Shown here piece by piece: positions 12,260 through 23,209 of a stretch of 64,000 nucleotides of DNA. The stretch comes from Octopus sinensis (lineage: Eukaryota). The notes beneath the pieces are model-generated. The model ran no database searches. It saw only the letters and a list, made by a program, of their open reading frames with translations, and was not told the origin of the DNA. How positions within the stretch are numbered: the stretch's first letter is position 1; each line of letters starts with the position of its first letter. A program made the translations under genes and the position numbers. The stretch spans positions 18,786,001 through 18,850,000 of the forward strand of contig NC_043009.1 in assembly GCF_006345805.1 (NCBI RefSeq), in the 5' to 3' direction.

Positions 12260-13140
12260 CAGCTGTAGAGACCGAAGAGAACCTTTTCCCTAAGACATCC
12301 AGGATGTACAATCCGATAAGATCGCAGACATCGGCGCTATCATAGGTTCCCACAGCCAGATCGAAGGAACCCTCGGAGTCAGATTGCTTAACCCATGTCA
12401 AATCTTTGTTGAACAGTACCGTCTTCCTGGCATAGATGATAACGTTAATATCACTATCACTAATATCTGTGAAGCCCTGAGCAAAGGAAAGTGTCTTCAT
12501 CAACAATCCTTCTGAAATCGAACTGTGTAAACCTAGCCCTGCCTCTCCCCCAGTTGGCATTAAACCACGAGGTCACCTCATTCGTGCTGCACCACTGAGG
12601 GACGCCCGTGGCCCTCCATGTATCGCCATTACTCTTCCTCAGTATATACTTACTTGCCTGGTCAGTCATGAATTTGGCAAGGTTGATCAGGCAGCATTTG
12701 GGGTTAGAGGCAAAGTTCGGCTTGTGGTCATTTAAAGTGACGAAAGGCACTTCTCTGGTTCAAGATCTCAACCCTGTCCGCTATACCTAGGCTAATTTCT
12801 GTCTGTTTAGCTTCACAGTTAATGTTATTATAAGTGTGTAGAGAAGTGCGGCTGTAATTTTGTGTAATAGGATCATTAAAAAGTCTATCGTAAGAGTATG
12901 TGTCGATCATGTATAAGTTCTTAGTCTTATCCGAGAAGATTAAAGACTTGTTAGAGTTTCTTATTTTAGGTATATCTTCTCGGAGTTTGCTCTGAAAGGA
13001 GGAAGAAGACTATAGAATTTCAGCTTGAGTATTATGTCTTGTAGGTCCGCTTCGAAAGTCTCAAGTTCATTGATTCTAGGTGGAAACATCCTAGACTTGA
13101 TACTCGGAGGGTAGCGTGCTTTGATCTTAGAAAAACGCTT
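12260..13140 (-). mobile_element. Penelope-like element RT fragment (Naiad-like), degenerate
   Basis: FEADL, DHKPNF...PKCCLINLAK, SSISEGLL, FDLAVGTYDSADVCDLIGLYIL, spread over several frames. Confidence 0.85.
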
Positions 13141-13144
13141 TCCA

Positions 13145-13465
13145 CCTCATGCGCCTTATAAGGTGCATTTTCTCCAGAGCCTACCAGAGATACACCAGGA
13201 GTGCGAATATAGTCACCTCCTAAGCTTGTAAATATATCGGATCAGCCAGCACATCTTTCAAACAACGCTTCCGCAACCACTAGTCATCAAGGAATCCCAT
13301 ATGATATCAGGTGGAAGATCATAGAACATCCAGGCCCATATATTAATGAAAGTGGCCGTCGCCAAATCTTCATCGCAAAAAGAACCAAAATTCTTAGGGA
13401 CTATGCTAAGTCTGGCACGTTAAATAATCGTAAAGAAATAATATATATCCCTCTATACACAATCA
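13145..13465 (+). mobile_element. Penelope-like GIY-YIG endonuclease fragment, inverted relative to the adjacent RT
   Basis: KYIGSASTSFKQRFRNH...IRWKII...LNNRKEI. Confidence 0.75.
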
Positions 13466-13477
13466 TACAAACCCCTT

Positions 13478-13523
<46 letters not shown>

Positions 13524-13867
13524 CATATATATATACTAGCATTAAAGACCCGTCGTTGCCGGATCATAGTGCTAGTGCATGTATATATGTGTATATATAT
13601 ATATGTGTACATATTACATGTACATCTGTATATATACATCTACACATAAAATACAAAATACAAAGTTATATCTTGATATTGCTAGTGATAACAATACTCA
13701 AAATATATAACAGAATGGAATTGTTAGCCCGTCTCTTGTAATTTCGATCAATTGTATCTTGTCCTCCCTCTTGTATAGAAGTGTGGCTACAATCCAGCCT
13801 ACCTCTACTTCGGGGGGTGGGGGTGCATTTTAAACTTTTATCCGGGACGTCCTAGGCCCCAGATATA

Positions 13868-14272
13868 CTCTTTACTCTTTTACTTGTTTCAGTCATTTGA
13901 CTGCGGCCATACTGGAGCACCGCCTTTAGTCGAGCAAATCGACCCCGGGACTTATTCTTTGTAAGCCCAGTACTTATTCTATCGGTCTGTTTTACCGAAC
14001 CGCTAAGTAACGGGGACGTAAACATACCAGCATCGGTTGTCAAGCAATGCTAGGGGGACAAACACAGACACACAAACATATACACACACACACACATATA
14101 TATATATACGACAGGCTTCTTTCAGTTTCCGTCTACCAAATCCACTCACAAGGCATTGGTCGGCCCAGGGCTATAGCAGAAGACACTTGCCCAAGATGCC
14201 ACGCAGTGAGACTGAACCTGGAACCATGTGGTTGGTTAGCAAGCTACTTACCACACAGCCACTCCTGCGCCT
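13868..14272 (-). mobile_element. tRNA-derived SINE (full length)
   Basis: A/B-box-like head (TGGCTGTGTGGTAAG...GGTTCAGTC), central CA/TA repeat, and 3' tail CAGTCAAATGACTGAAACAAGTAAAAGAG. Further copies at 48671 and 58768. Confidence 0.88.
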
Positions 14273-14880
14273 ATAAAGGTAAAAATAAAATATTTCCACT
14301 TTGCAAGGTTCGAGTCGAGTACTCCCTTGCATGCTCCCTTGACTCGAACCTTGCTTCTATTGTGGCGAATTTACCGCCTCTGGTTAGATACTTGATATCT
14401 TACTTAGTCGCACCAAGACACTTTTCAATGGTGCTTTCCTCCAGGTGTTCAAATCGTTTTTTTCTCTATATAGGCAATAGTCGTTTCTTTAATTTTATTT
14501 TTTATTTCGTTTGGTGGTGTTATCCTAGATTCACCGTCTTTGTCGAAATAGGTTTGTATTTCTTCCATTTTAATTTTAATGAGTTTGCCGCCCGCCGACG
14601 GCTGCAGCGAAATTCATTTTTGGACTTTCTTCTATCGAAGGCATTCTAACAAAAATGCTTCCGTGTAAACGGTGAAAATATTTTCAATTTCCCCAAACAG
14701 GGACACAATTCAATTTTTAAACAATAACCAAAGCCCCTTCTCCGAAAGGGGGAGGGTAACGGTTTACAATTATTTAACAAATGCAACACAACAACGCTTC
14801 CCTTACGAGGAACCAACAAACGTGATAACAATAGTTAAACAGAAATAATAATAACAAACCTTACGGTAAACAAAAAAGCA
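14273..14880 (-). mobile_element. Probable LINE 5' UTR/ORF1 fragment
   Basis: Minus strand is coding-like (KIKMEEIQTYF...TTIAYIEKKRFEHLEESTIEKCLG...KFATIEARFES) with a frameshift and a stop; the family is not certain. Confidence 0.35.
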
Positions 14881-15604
14881 GTACTCTGTTGAAGCTTTAG
14901 GCCTTTATGGATCAGAAATAAACCAACAGCGGTACTAAGTAGAAGCATCTTTCGTACAGCCAAACTTCATAAAGATACTTAATGCTAGCTAATTAGCAAA
15001 TAATCTAATGTAAAAGCCGTGCACACCTCCATCTGGACTATTCCATTTCTGCACTTAAATTTTATTTATTTATTCCCATTCATGTGAAACCACTGATTCA
15101 AGTTCAAGTCATTGATGCAATGTTACGATTTAATTATTATATCATACTTTAGTTTGATTTTAATTATTACTTACAGCATATAATTCAATTATTATTATCT
15201 CTAATTTTTATTGTTAAAATGAAAGTATCTGACATAAAATAAGAGAGATGTTTTTGTTTCACATTTAACACGTAATACTGAAATAGTGGAGAAGATATGA
15301 TATTGCTATGGACTCACCCTAGGGAAGCGGTTGAACATTTCTTTTGCCCATGAAACTACATGGACACTAAGTAAGGCATGTGTAAAATTTGAATGAAATT
15401 GGTTGTGTAGTTCTCAAGTTTTAGGCAAACACACAGACAGACAGACACACATTCTCAGTTTTATATATATAATAGAAATATTAAAATTACTAAGTCTCTC
15501 TAAAGGAGATTACGGCAGCGTTACTGGATATTAATAGTTATCGCAATACTAATATGGTAGTCTATAAATATAAGACTAAAGCTGTCGCTGATTAGCTCCA
15601 AGAG

Positions 15605-15818
15605 GCCATCGCCTCTAGCTAGCTATATGACACACGAACCTGCGTCCATTACAATCTTCGAACAGGGGAGGTCTGACTACGCTGCATTGATAAAGGGCAA
15701 CAACACTGAAACATCTCTGCAGATGTCTGACTAGCAAGGTGAAGCGGCTGACCTCCCCTGTTCGAAGGTTATAGTGGACGCAGGTTCGTGTGTCATATAG
15801 CTAGCTAGAGGCGATGGC
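15605..15818. repeat. Foldback/MITE-like element with 69-bp inverted arms
   Basis: 15605-15673 and 15750-15818 are reverse complements with 3 mismatches. Confidence 0.8.
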
Positions 15819-15849
15819 AGATGCCAATCAATCAATCTCTCTCTCTCTT

Positions 15850-16205
15850 ATATATATATTTATACATTTATAATATATATATTATACATATATATATATA
15901 TATTTATACATACATATATATATAATATAATTATTATAATATATAATAATATATATATATATATATAATATATATATATATTTATACAATATATATATTT
16001 ATACATATATATATATTTATACATATATATATATATATATTTATACATATATATATATATATATTTATACATATATATAATATATATAATATATATATAT
16101 TATATATATATTTATATACATATATATATATTTATACATATATATATATATATTTGTACACACATATATATATATATATATACATTTATACATATATATA
16201 TATAT
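15850..16205. repeat. (TA)n / TATTTATACATA microsatellite
   Basis: Read directly. Similar arrays at about 19485-20098, 26075-26798, 26965-27660, 29450-30140, 30860-32955 and 37105-37215. Confidence 0.98.
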
Positions 16206-16265
16206 AACATTATTGGTGAATTGAAGAAATGGAGCTGAACGCAGATTGAACAGAAATCGTTTTAT

Positions 16266-16351
16266 TTCATTCTACACGTGTTTCGAAAAGCACAATTACC
16301 AAAATCCGATTGAATAATGGGACCATATTGTGTCTTTCTCTTCAGGAAGAA
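16266..16351 (-). ncRNA. Type I hammerhead ribozyme (inverted pLTR copy)
   Basis: CUGAAGA-G-stem II-C-GAAA, palindromic stem III ACACGUGU, GUA cleavage triplet, stem I UUC/GAA. Confidence 0.82.
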
Positions 16352-18697
16352 AAGGGAAATCCGTTGGAAAAACAAAAACAGAACAGAGGCAGAGCAAAAA
16401 ACAAATCGAACTGTGCTCCTAAGAGCCCATGGCGAAACTGTTTATCAGTGTATGTTGAGAACCGGTGCTGAAGAATTCAACAGGTCAGGCATCGGTCAAA
16501 CATGTGGGTGAGGGTGTATAGACGTTCTTTGTGACCGAGAATAAAGTTCTGACTATTTAAAGAATATTGGATGTTTTCTAAGGGGCGAGAAAAAATCTAC
16601 TTAGAGACGTGTGTGTGTGTATACTGTTCTATATATGTGTGTGTTGGCGTAGGGGTAGAAAACATTTTTTGTGTACGTGTGTGCGTTTGATCGTTCGGCT
16701 GTCAGTGGCTACTGCCGTGATAACCGTTGGGTGGCAGAAAGAAAAAAAAATAAAGAAATTATATATATATATTTTATGTTTGTGTGTGTGTGTTCATCTA
16801 AGCCTACCTTGACAAGGAAACCCCCCGCTGTGAAAAAACAAGCCCCGTTTGTCTTACAGGAGTAATTTCCCTTGCAGTGGTTAATTGTAGATACATTGTA
16901 TATAATAACATTAACATTTTAAGTAAGGACGGGAGCGCGGCGGATACCGGGGTAGTCGCTCCCGCATTTAATTTAGCGAACAAGGATAATTATCGGTCCG
17001 GGAGGTCTTACACTAACCCAAGACCCGTTATTCATCCGAGAATCACCCACCCAAATGCGAGAGCTGGCGTCCCGACCCATCACACTGATAGGAATAAGCA
17101 TATATGGTTTGTAATCCCCTTTGGTAAGCAGATTAAGAACTAACCTCCCCCTCATGTTTAGACAAGCCATCGCCAATAACTTCCCCAGAAATTCCAAATA
17201 TTACTCCACGGTTAACTCACATAAAGTTAGGATAGCTTTCTCCAACACTAAAAACCTCGCCCAGATAATCGCCTCCCATAATAATAGGCTACTTATCACC
17301 TTTTTCCGGAGGCCCAGCCTCTTCCGCTCCCGGTTTAATGCTCAGTAGGAATAATTATAGTAGTAATAATGATATGAGAGCCAGTACAGTGACACATAAT
17401 CTCAGCTCCAGCCAGGGAGTACCCACTAGGGGTATAGTTATAAATAGGGGTGTTGTGGTTGATGGTAACAATGGGAGTAGGGTAGAGAGCCCCTTTAGCA
17501 TCCCCAGCATCATTTCCCGCAATAGCAGTACCACGGGCAGTAGCAATGACAGCACTCTGATAGATAGTGGAGAATCAGGGGTTATTCCTATAGTTAATAG
17601 TGACGTAGTGGAAAATAGAGTAGTAAGCGGCTGCAGGTCTCGGAACGAATATAGTGACAGAAACGCAGTTCTAATTTCAGAAACCAATCCTAGCAGAGTA
17701 AGATTCACGTCGGCGAACTCCAAGATCAAAAACGCCGTCTACCAATGCAAGGTTTACACGGACTCAGATGCCTTCACTTATATGGGGCATCGTCCTCAAG
17801 ATTGTCTTTGCGTGTCTCCAACCATTACGCAACTTTTCGGGACGTGAACAAGCGCCAGACCACGGGACTCAGTAAGCTAATATGGCGACTGAAGGATGCG
17901 AACTTAAGCTATAGGCTGGAATGGTCAATTTTGTCGGTGGCCCTCCCATTTGATAGGGGCAGAAGACAGTGCAACCTTTGTGTCTCCGAACTCTTCCATA
18001 TTTTGTTTGCCAGAGGCCGGATGGTAAACGGGCTCTTACAGTCGGCTTTTCGATGCCCCCATTGGCGGCGTTACACTTATCTGGCCTTTAAATAGCGTTT
18101 ATAAATAAGACCGGCACCCATAGCCCTTGGTAACAAATTCTGAAATAGATTTTAAGATATCTACAATTAACCACTGCAAGGGAAATTACTCCTGTAAGAC
18201 AAACGGGGCTTGTTTTTTCACAGCGGGGGTTTCCTTGTCAAGGTAGGCTTAGATGAACACACACACACAACATAAAATATATATATATAATTTCTTTATT
18301 TTTTTTCTTTCTGCCACCCAACGGTTATCACGGCAGTAGCCACTGACAGCCGAACGATCAAACGCACACACGTACACAAAAAATGTTTTCTACCCCTACG
18401 CCAACACACACATATATAGAACAGTATACACACACACACGTCTCTAAGTAGATTTTTTCTCGCCCCTTAGAAAACATCCAATATTCTTTAAATAGTCAGA
18501 ACTTTATTCTCGGTCACAAAGAACGTCTATACACCCTCACCACATGTTTGACCGATGCCTGACCTGTTGAATTCTTCAGCCACCGGTTCTCAGCATACAC
18601 TGATAAACAGTTTCGCCATGGGCTCTTAGGAGCACAGTTCGATTTGTTTTTTGCTCTGCCTCTGTTCTGTTTTTGTTTTTCCAACGGATTTCCTTTT

Positions 18698-18784
18698 TTC
18701 TTCCTGAAGAGAAAGACACAATATGGTCCCATTATTCAATCGGATTTTGGTAATTTGTGCCTTTCGAAACACGTGTAGAATGAA
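18698..18784 (+). ncRNA. Type I hammerhead ribozyme in 3' pLTR (sense to ORF)
   Basis: CUGAAGA at 18704-18710; stem II GAAAGACACAA/UUGUGCCUUUC; GAAA at 18766-18769; palindromic ACACGUGU; predicted cleavage after A18777. Confidence 0.85.
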
Positions 18785-19063
18785 ATAAAACGATTTCTGT
18801 TCAATCTGCGTTCAGCTCATTTCTTCAATTCACCAATAATGTTTTAATTTCAATTATCCGCACCAACGCACGGTTGCAACGCCAGATGGTTGTACCTCCA
18901 ACCGTGCTGTTCACTGCTGTGATTTTTGCTACTAAGGTATCGGTTAAACTTTTGATTAATCTACTACAAGATTATTCATCTTTCTATTTCACATAATATA
19001 TATATATATATATATATAATATATATATTTATACATATATATATATATATATATATTTATACA

Positions 19064-19375
19064 AAGCAACTAAGGGTTTAGCAACGAATTGCCTTACCGC
19101 ACACCGAATTTAGAAATAGCAGTCAAAGAGATTATAGCTATTTCTTCTACTAAAAGGGAGATCACAGTAAAGACACAGCATTTGAAAGGCAAACACAAAC
19201 AGGTAAGAGAGAATGAATTAACGGCAATCTATCATTGATAGATTGCCGTTAATTCATTCTCTCTTACCTGTTTGTGTTTGCCTTTCAAATACTGTGTCTT
19301 TACTGTGATCTCCCTTTTAGTAGAAGAAATAGCTATAATCTCTTTGACTGCTATTTGCTAAACCCTTAATTGCTT
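19064..19375. repeat. Long near-perfect palindrome
   Basis: 121-bp arms (19114-19234, 19236-19356) with 1 mismatch and a 1-nt centre, plus 21-bp outer arms. Confidence 0.95.
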
Positions 19376-19536
19376 AGTATTACTTAAATTTTCCTCGAAT
19401 GAGGCTTTTACATGCCGAAGACTACTTGGTGTAATTGATAATTATTCCAAATTAATTAATTTCACCCTTCATTGTTACTCATAACTATATATTTATACAT
19501 ATATATATATATATTTATAATATATATATATATATT

Positions 19537-19589
<53 letters not shown>

Positions 19590-19658
19590 TTATACATAGA
19601 TATACATATATATTTATACATATATATATATATTTATACATATATATATATTTATACA

Positions 19659-19693
<35 letters not shown>

Positions 19694-19906
19694 TTATACA
19701 TATATATTATATATATATATTTATACATATATATATATATATTTATACATATTATATATATTATATTTATACATATATATATATTTATACATATATATAT
19801 ATATATATTTATACATATATATATATATATATATATTTATACATAGATATACATTATATTTATACATATATATATATATTTATACATATATATATATTTA
19901 TACATA

Positions 19907-19941
<35 letters not shown>

Positions 19942-20023
19942 TTATACATATATATATAATATATATATTTATACATATATATATATATATTTATACAATA
20001 TATATATATATATATTTATACAT

Positions 20024-20054
<31 letters not shown>

Positions 20055-20058
20055 TTAT

Positions 20059-20104
<46 letters not shown>

Positions 20105-20211
20105 TCGGGGTGAGTACTTGATAATTATAAGCACCTGTGTATACCGTTTGGTGGTGTAGGTGGTGGAGTAAATTGATCAAAATAAAATAAAAACATGATG
20201 CGAAGGATTCA

Positions 20212-20289
20212 GCGGTACATATGTTTCGGGCCTTTATTAGACAGATTTATAACAATGCATAATGTATGTCTGTGGCCTTCTTCAGCCGC
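20212..20289 (-). ncRNA. Type I hammerhead ribozyme near the 3' end of the second Penelope element
   Basis: Stem I GCGG/CCGC, CUGAAGA, long stem II closed by GGCC/GGCC (A-C at 10.1/11.1 or a bulged A), GAAA, palindromic ACAUAUGU, GUA triplet. Confidence 0.72.
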
Positions 20290-22164
20290 GCACAACAGCT
20301 TCCACAAGGACATGTGTTACATCAAAAATTCTTGGTTGGGGATGCAAATCCTCTCATTCGCGTACGACATAATGCGGCAGCAGCATAGAATTGAAGCGTC
20401 CATCTCTTTCTTCTCTCAATGTAGAATGAGGAAAATTGGATGTTGAAGTAATGTAAATAAATAAATACATATATAGACGTGAAGATGGAGGGGCGAGAAT
20501 TCAGGACGAGGGATAAAAAATGTATAAAAAGTGTAAGTATAGAAAAATATAAAGATGTAGAGCATAAAGATATAAAGAGGTATAAGGAGATGTAAAGGGG
20601 GTATAAAGAATATAAAGAAATATAAATAAATGTAAAGGCATAAGGTTATAAAGTAAAAATAGAAATAGAAATAAAAGTAAAAAAACATGATAAAAACATG
20701 ATAAAAATGTAAAAAAATGTAAAGATAAGGGATGTATAGAGGTTACGGACCAAGCATGGTGGTCAGGAGATTGATAAAATTTAGTTGTAGAATTGTCAGT
20801 AAATCAACAGTTTCGTCTGGGGACCTAATGTGTTGTAAATCAGAGCTGATGAGCGTTTAATCTGGTTCCTTGAATTAAATGGACTTCTAGTACATACATA
20901 TCATCATGGATACATACACCCATATACACGCGTACATATACGCCTCCAAGCCTATAAGCATACACACGCACTCGCGTGTAAACATGTACATAAACACACA
21001 CACACCCACACGCACGCGCGTACACATACATACATACAACAGAATATCCGCATGTATACACGGACACTATACGTGTACACACTCACATGTACATACGCGC
21101 GCCCATCCCTACATACACACACGCATATGCCCACGCTTCTAGGTCTAGATATAAGATATTAAAGGATGTATAAAAGAACGTATGTAAAGAATCACGTACT
21201 CATGTCTATACGTGCACGCACACACGGCTGTGTGTCCGTATGTGCGTGCACATATACACTTACATACACACACAGAGACACACGCGCATATGGGTATAGC
21301 TATAAGATATCAAAATATGTATGTACATATATGCGCGTGCATATGTATGTATGCGTATACACACGTACGCGGACGCTCGTATAGTCAAAAAGTGGATCCA
21401 TAGGTAAGTAAATAAACATATATAGAGGTGTAAAGCGATAAGTTAGGGGTAAGAATGAGCGTAAGGGTAAAAATTAGAAATAAAAAATACAGTATAAAAT
21501 AAGAAATACAATGTAATAGTTAGAAATGAATTATAAGAGTTAAGGTAAGGGATGAAAATAAAAAAGAGAATAAATGGAAGTAGAATAAAAGTAAAAATAA
21601 AAATAAATGGAAGTAGAATAAAAGTAAAAATAAAAGTAAAAATAAAAATAAAATAAAATAAGATAAAAATATAATTTGGTAAAGTTTAACATGAGATGAA
21701 GGTGGTTGAAAGTTAGAGGTGTGTGTTAAAAGTGCCCACGTAGGGGCGGACGGGGGGAACTGAAAATTGGAAGGGTGGGAAGTGGAGTTTGGCGGTGTGC
21801 GTTCAACATCCGAGTTAGAAATGTGAAAGGGTATAGATATAGGGAAGTAAAGAGACTATATAGGAAGGATATGGGTGTAGGAGAAGAAATATTTAGGGAA
21901 AAGAAGTAATATATGGGAGACAAAATTTGTATATATAGGAGGAAAATGCAGGGAACCATATATGCACATACACACACCCACACACACACACACACGCACA
22001 TGTATATATATATATACATGTACACATACGTACACATATGTGCACATACACATACACACACACACACATACGCATATACACGCACATATAGGAAAGCGGG
22101 ATGTGCTGGAGCCGACAGGTTGCACCGGGTGGGAGGAAATTGCAAGGGGGAGTTGGTATAAGAC

Positions 22165-22857
22165 CTAAGCTTTGTAGTATTTGAAAGTATTAATAAGTTT
22201 GTGTATACAGGATGGTTTGAACTCTGACCTTTTGTTAATAAGATTGTGTTTGTCTTTGAATTTCAAGATGTTCAGGAGTTCTACACAACATAGTTGGCAT
22301 CCTGCTCTGTTATTTAAATATGGTGCAGCTGATCCGATGATGGACCATCTGAGTTTGAAGCCTATGCATTTGTCTTTTAATTCCCAAATTCTTTTAGAAA
22401 GGGAGGTGCTGTTAGCCTTATGTCTGTGTCTCAGCGAGGACCGGTGGTTGTAGTATCTGGATTTCCAGGAGGTTGAGCAACCAATATAGGTGAGTGTGTT
22501 AAACTGAGTACTCACCTCACATGAATATATTACGTTTTTCGCCCTACATGCGCCCTGCAGCGGGCACTCCGATGCACAGTTGCATTGCATTGCATTATTC
22601 GGTCGTGTGCTGCTAATCCCAGGCGGAGGTGTTGCAATACGAGTGGGGGCGTTGGTATCCTCCTGGTTGTTGATGGGTGTAGTATTTCCTCTGTTGTGTT
22701 GGCGGGTGTTATTACTAACTGTTTGGGTAGTATGGCTGCCAGTCTGGTTATATTGTCTACTGTCTAGATGAGGGGGGTTCTGTTGGTCGCTATGGTTTGC
22801 TCTTGATCTAGCTGTTCTAATATTAATATAGTTATGTTTAGCTATGAGGCAGTTCAT
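22165..22857 (-). CDS. Penelope-like GIY-YIG endonuclease (C-terminal part of ORF)
   Basis: Intact 230-aa frame with a VIY...YIG dyad and Cys motifs; the RT was lost by 5' truncation. Confidence 0.88.
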   Translation of the reverse strand: MNCLIAKHNYINIRTARSRANHSDQQNPPHLDSRQYNQTGSHTTQTVSNNTRQHNRGNTTPINNQEDTNAPTRIATPPPGISSTRPNNAMQCNCASECPLQGACRAKNVIYSCEVSTQFNTLTYIGCSTSWKSRYYNHRSSLRHRHKANSTSLSKRIWELKDKCIGFKLRWSIIGSAAPYLNNRAGCQLCCVELLNILKFKDKHNLINKRSEFKPSCIHKLINTFKYYKA

Positions 22858-23174
22858 GTTGGGCAGGGTAGAGTAGGAAATCCTAATAGTTTTGTTGGAG
22901 AAGATACTTCTATACTTGTGGGTGGGTGGAAAGTTGTTGGAAATGATAGAGAATATTCTCTTACATAACTTACCCCTAACTGCTAAGTTGTAAGGTATGT
23001 TGAACCATATATATTTGCGTAATCTACTATTATCCCTTCTATTTCTCCTAATAGGATCTATATTGCTCTCGTCGGGAGGGTTACTATTGTGTGCTATTCT
23101 ATTAGTTCGCCTATTTCCTATACGTTGTTTGGAGTTTAAATTAGAATTATCGCTAGTGTGAGTTGAGTGCTGAC

Positions 23175-23177
<3 letters not shown>

Positions 23178-23209
<32 letters not shown>

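Larger units (their letters stand above)
13536..15476 (-). mobile_element. Non-autonomous Helitron-like element with nested insertions
   Basis: Minus strand starts TC-TATTATATATATAAAACTGAG and ends with a GC hairpin plus CTAG at 13536-13539. Segments are homologous to 54600-55922. Confidence 0.55.
16206..18843 (+). mobile_element. 5'-truncated Penelope-like (Naiad-like) element with inverted pseudo-LTRs
   Basis: About 687-bp inverted repeats (16206-16893, 18158-18843) enclose HIWFVIPF...IIASHN, an N/S-rich linker and a GIY-YIG domain (AVYQCKV...TYMG...SNH...LSKLIWRLKD...CNLC...CPH), with about 3 frameshifts. Confidence 0.9.
20100..23177 (-). mobile_element. 5'-truncated Penelope-like (Naiad-like) element with long 3' region
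   Basis: KYIWFNIPY...FPPTH...ISYSTLPNM leads into ORF 22165-22857: CNCASECPLQGAC, VIYSCEV...YIG, YYNH, CQLC, CIH. About 2 kb of non-coding 3' sequence ends in a TA array. Confidence 0.88.

Noticed and set aside
16460-16510. Second CUGAAGA motif in the pLTR, and CTGATGAG near 20846
   Set aside because: No matching GAAA, stem I or NUH triplet.
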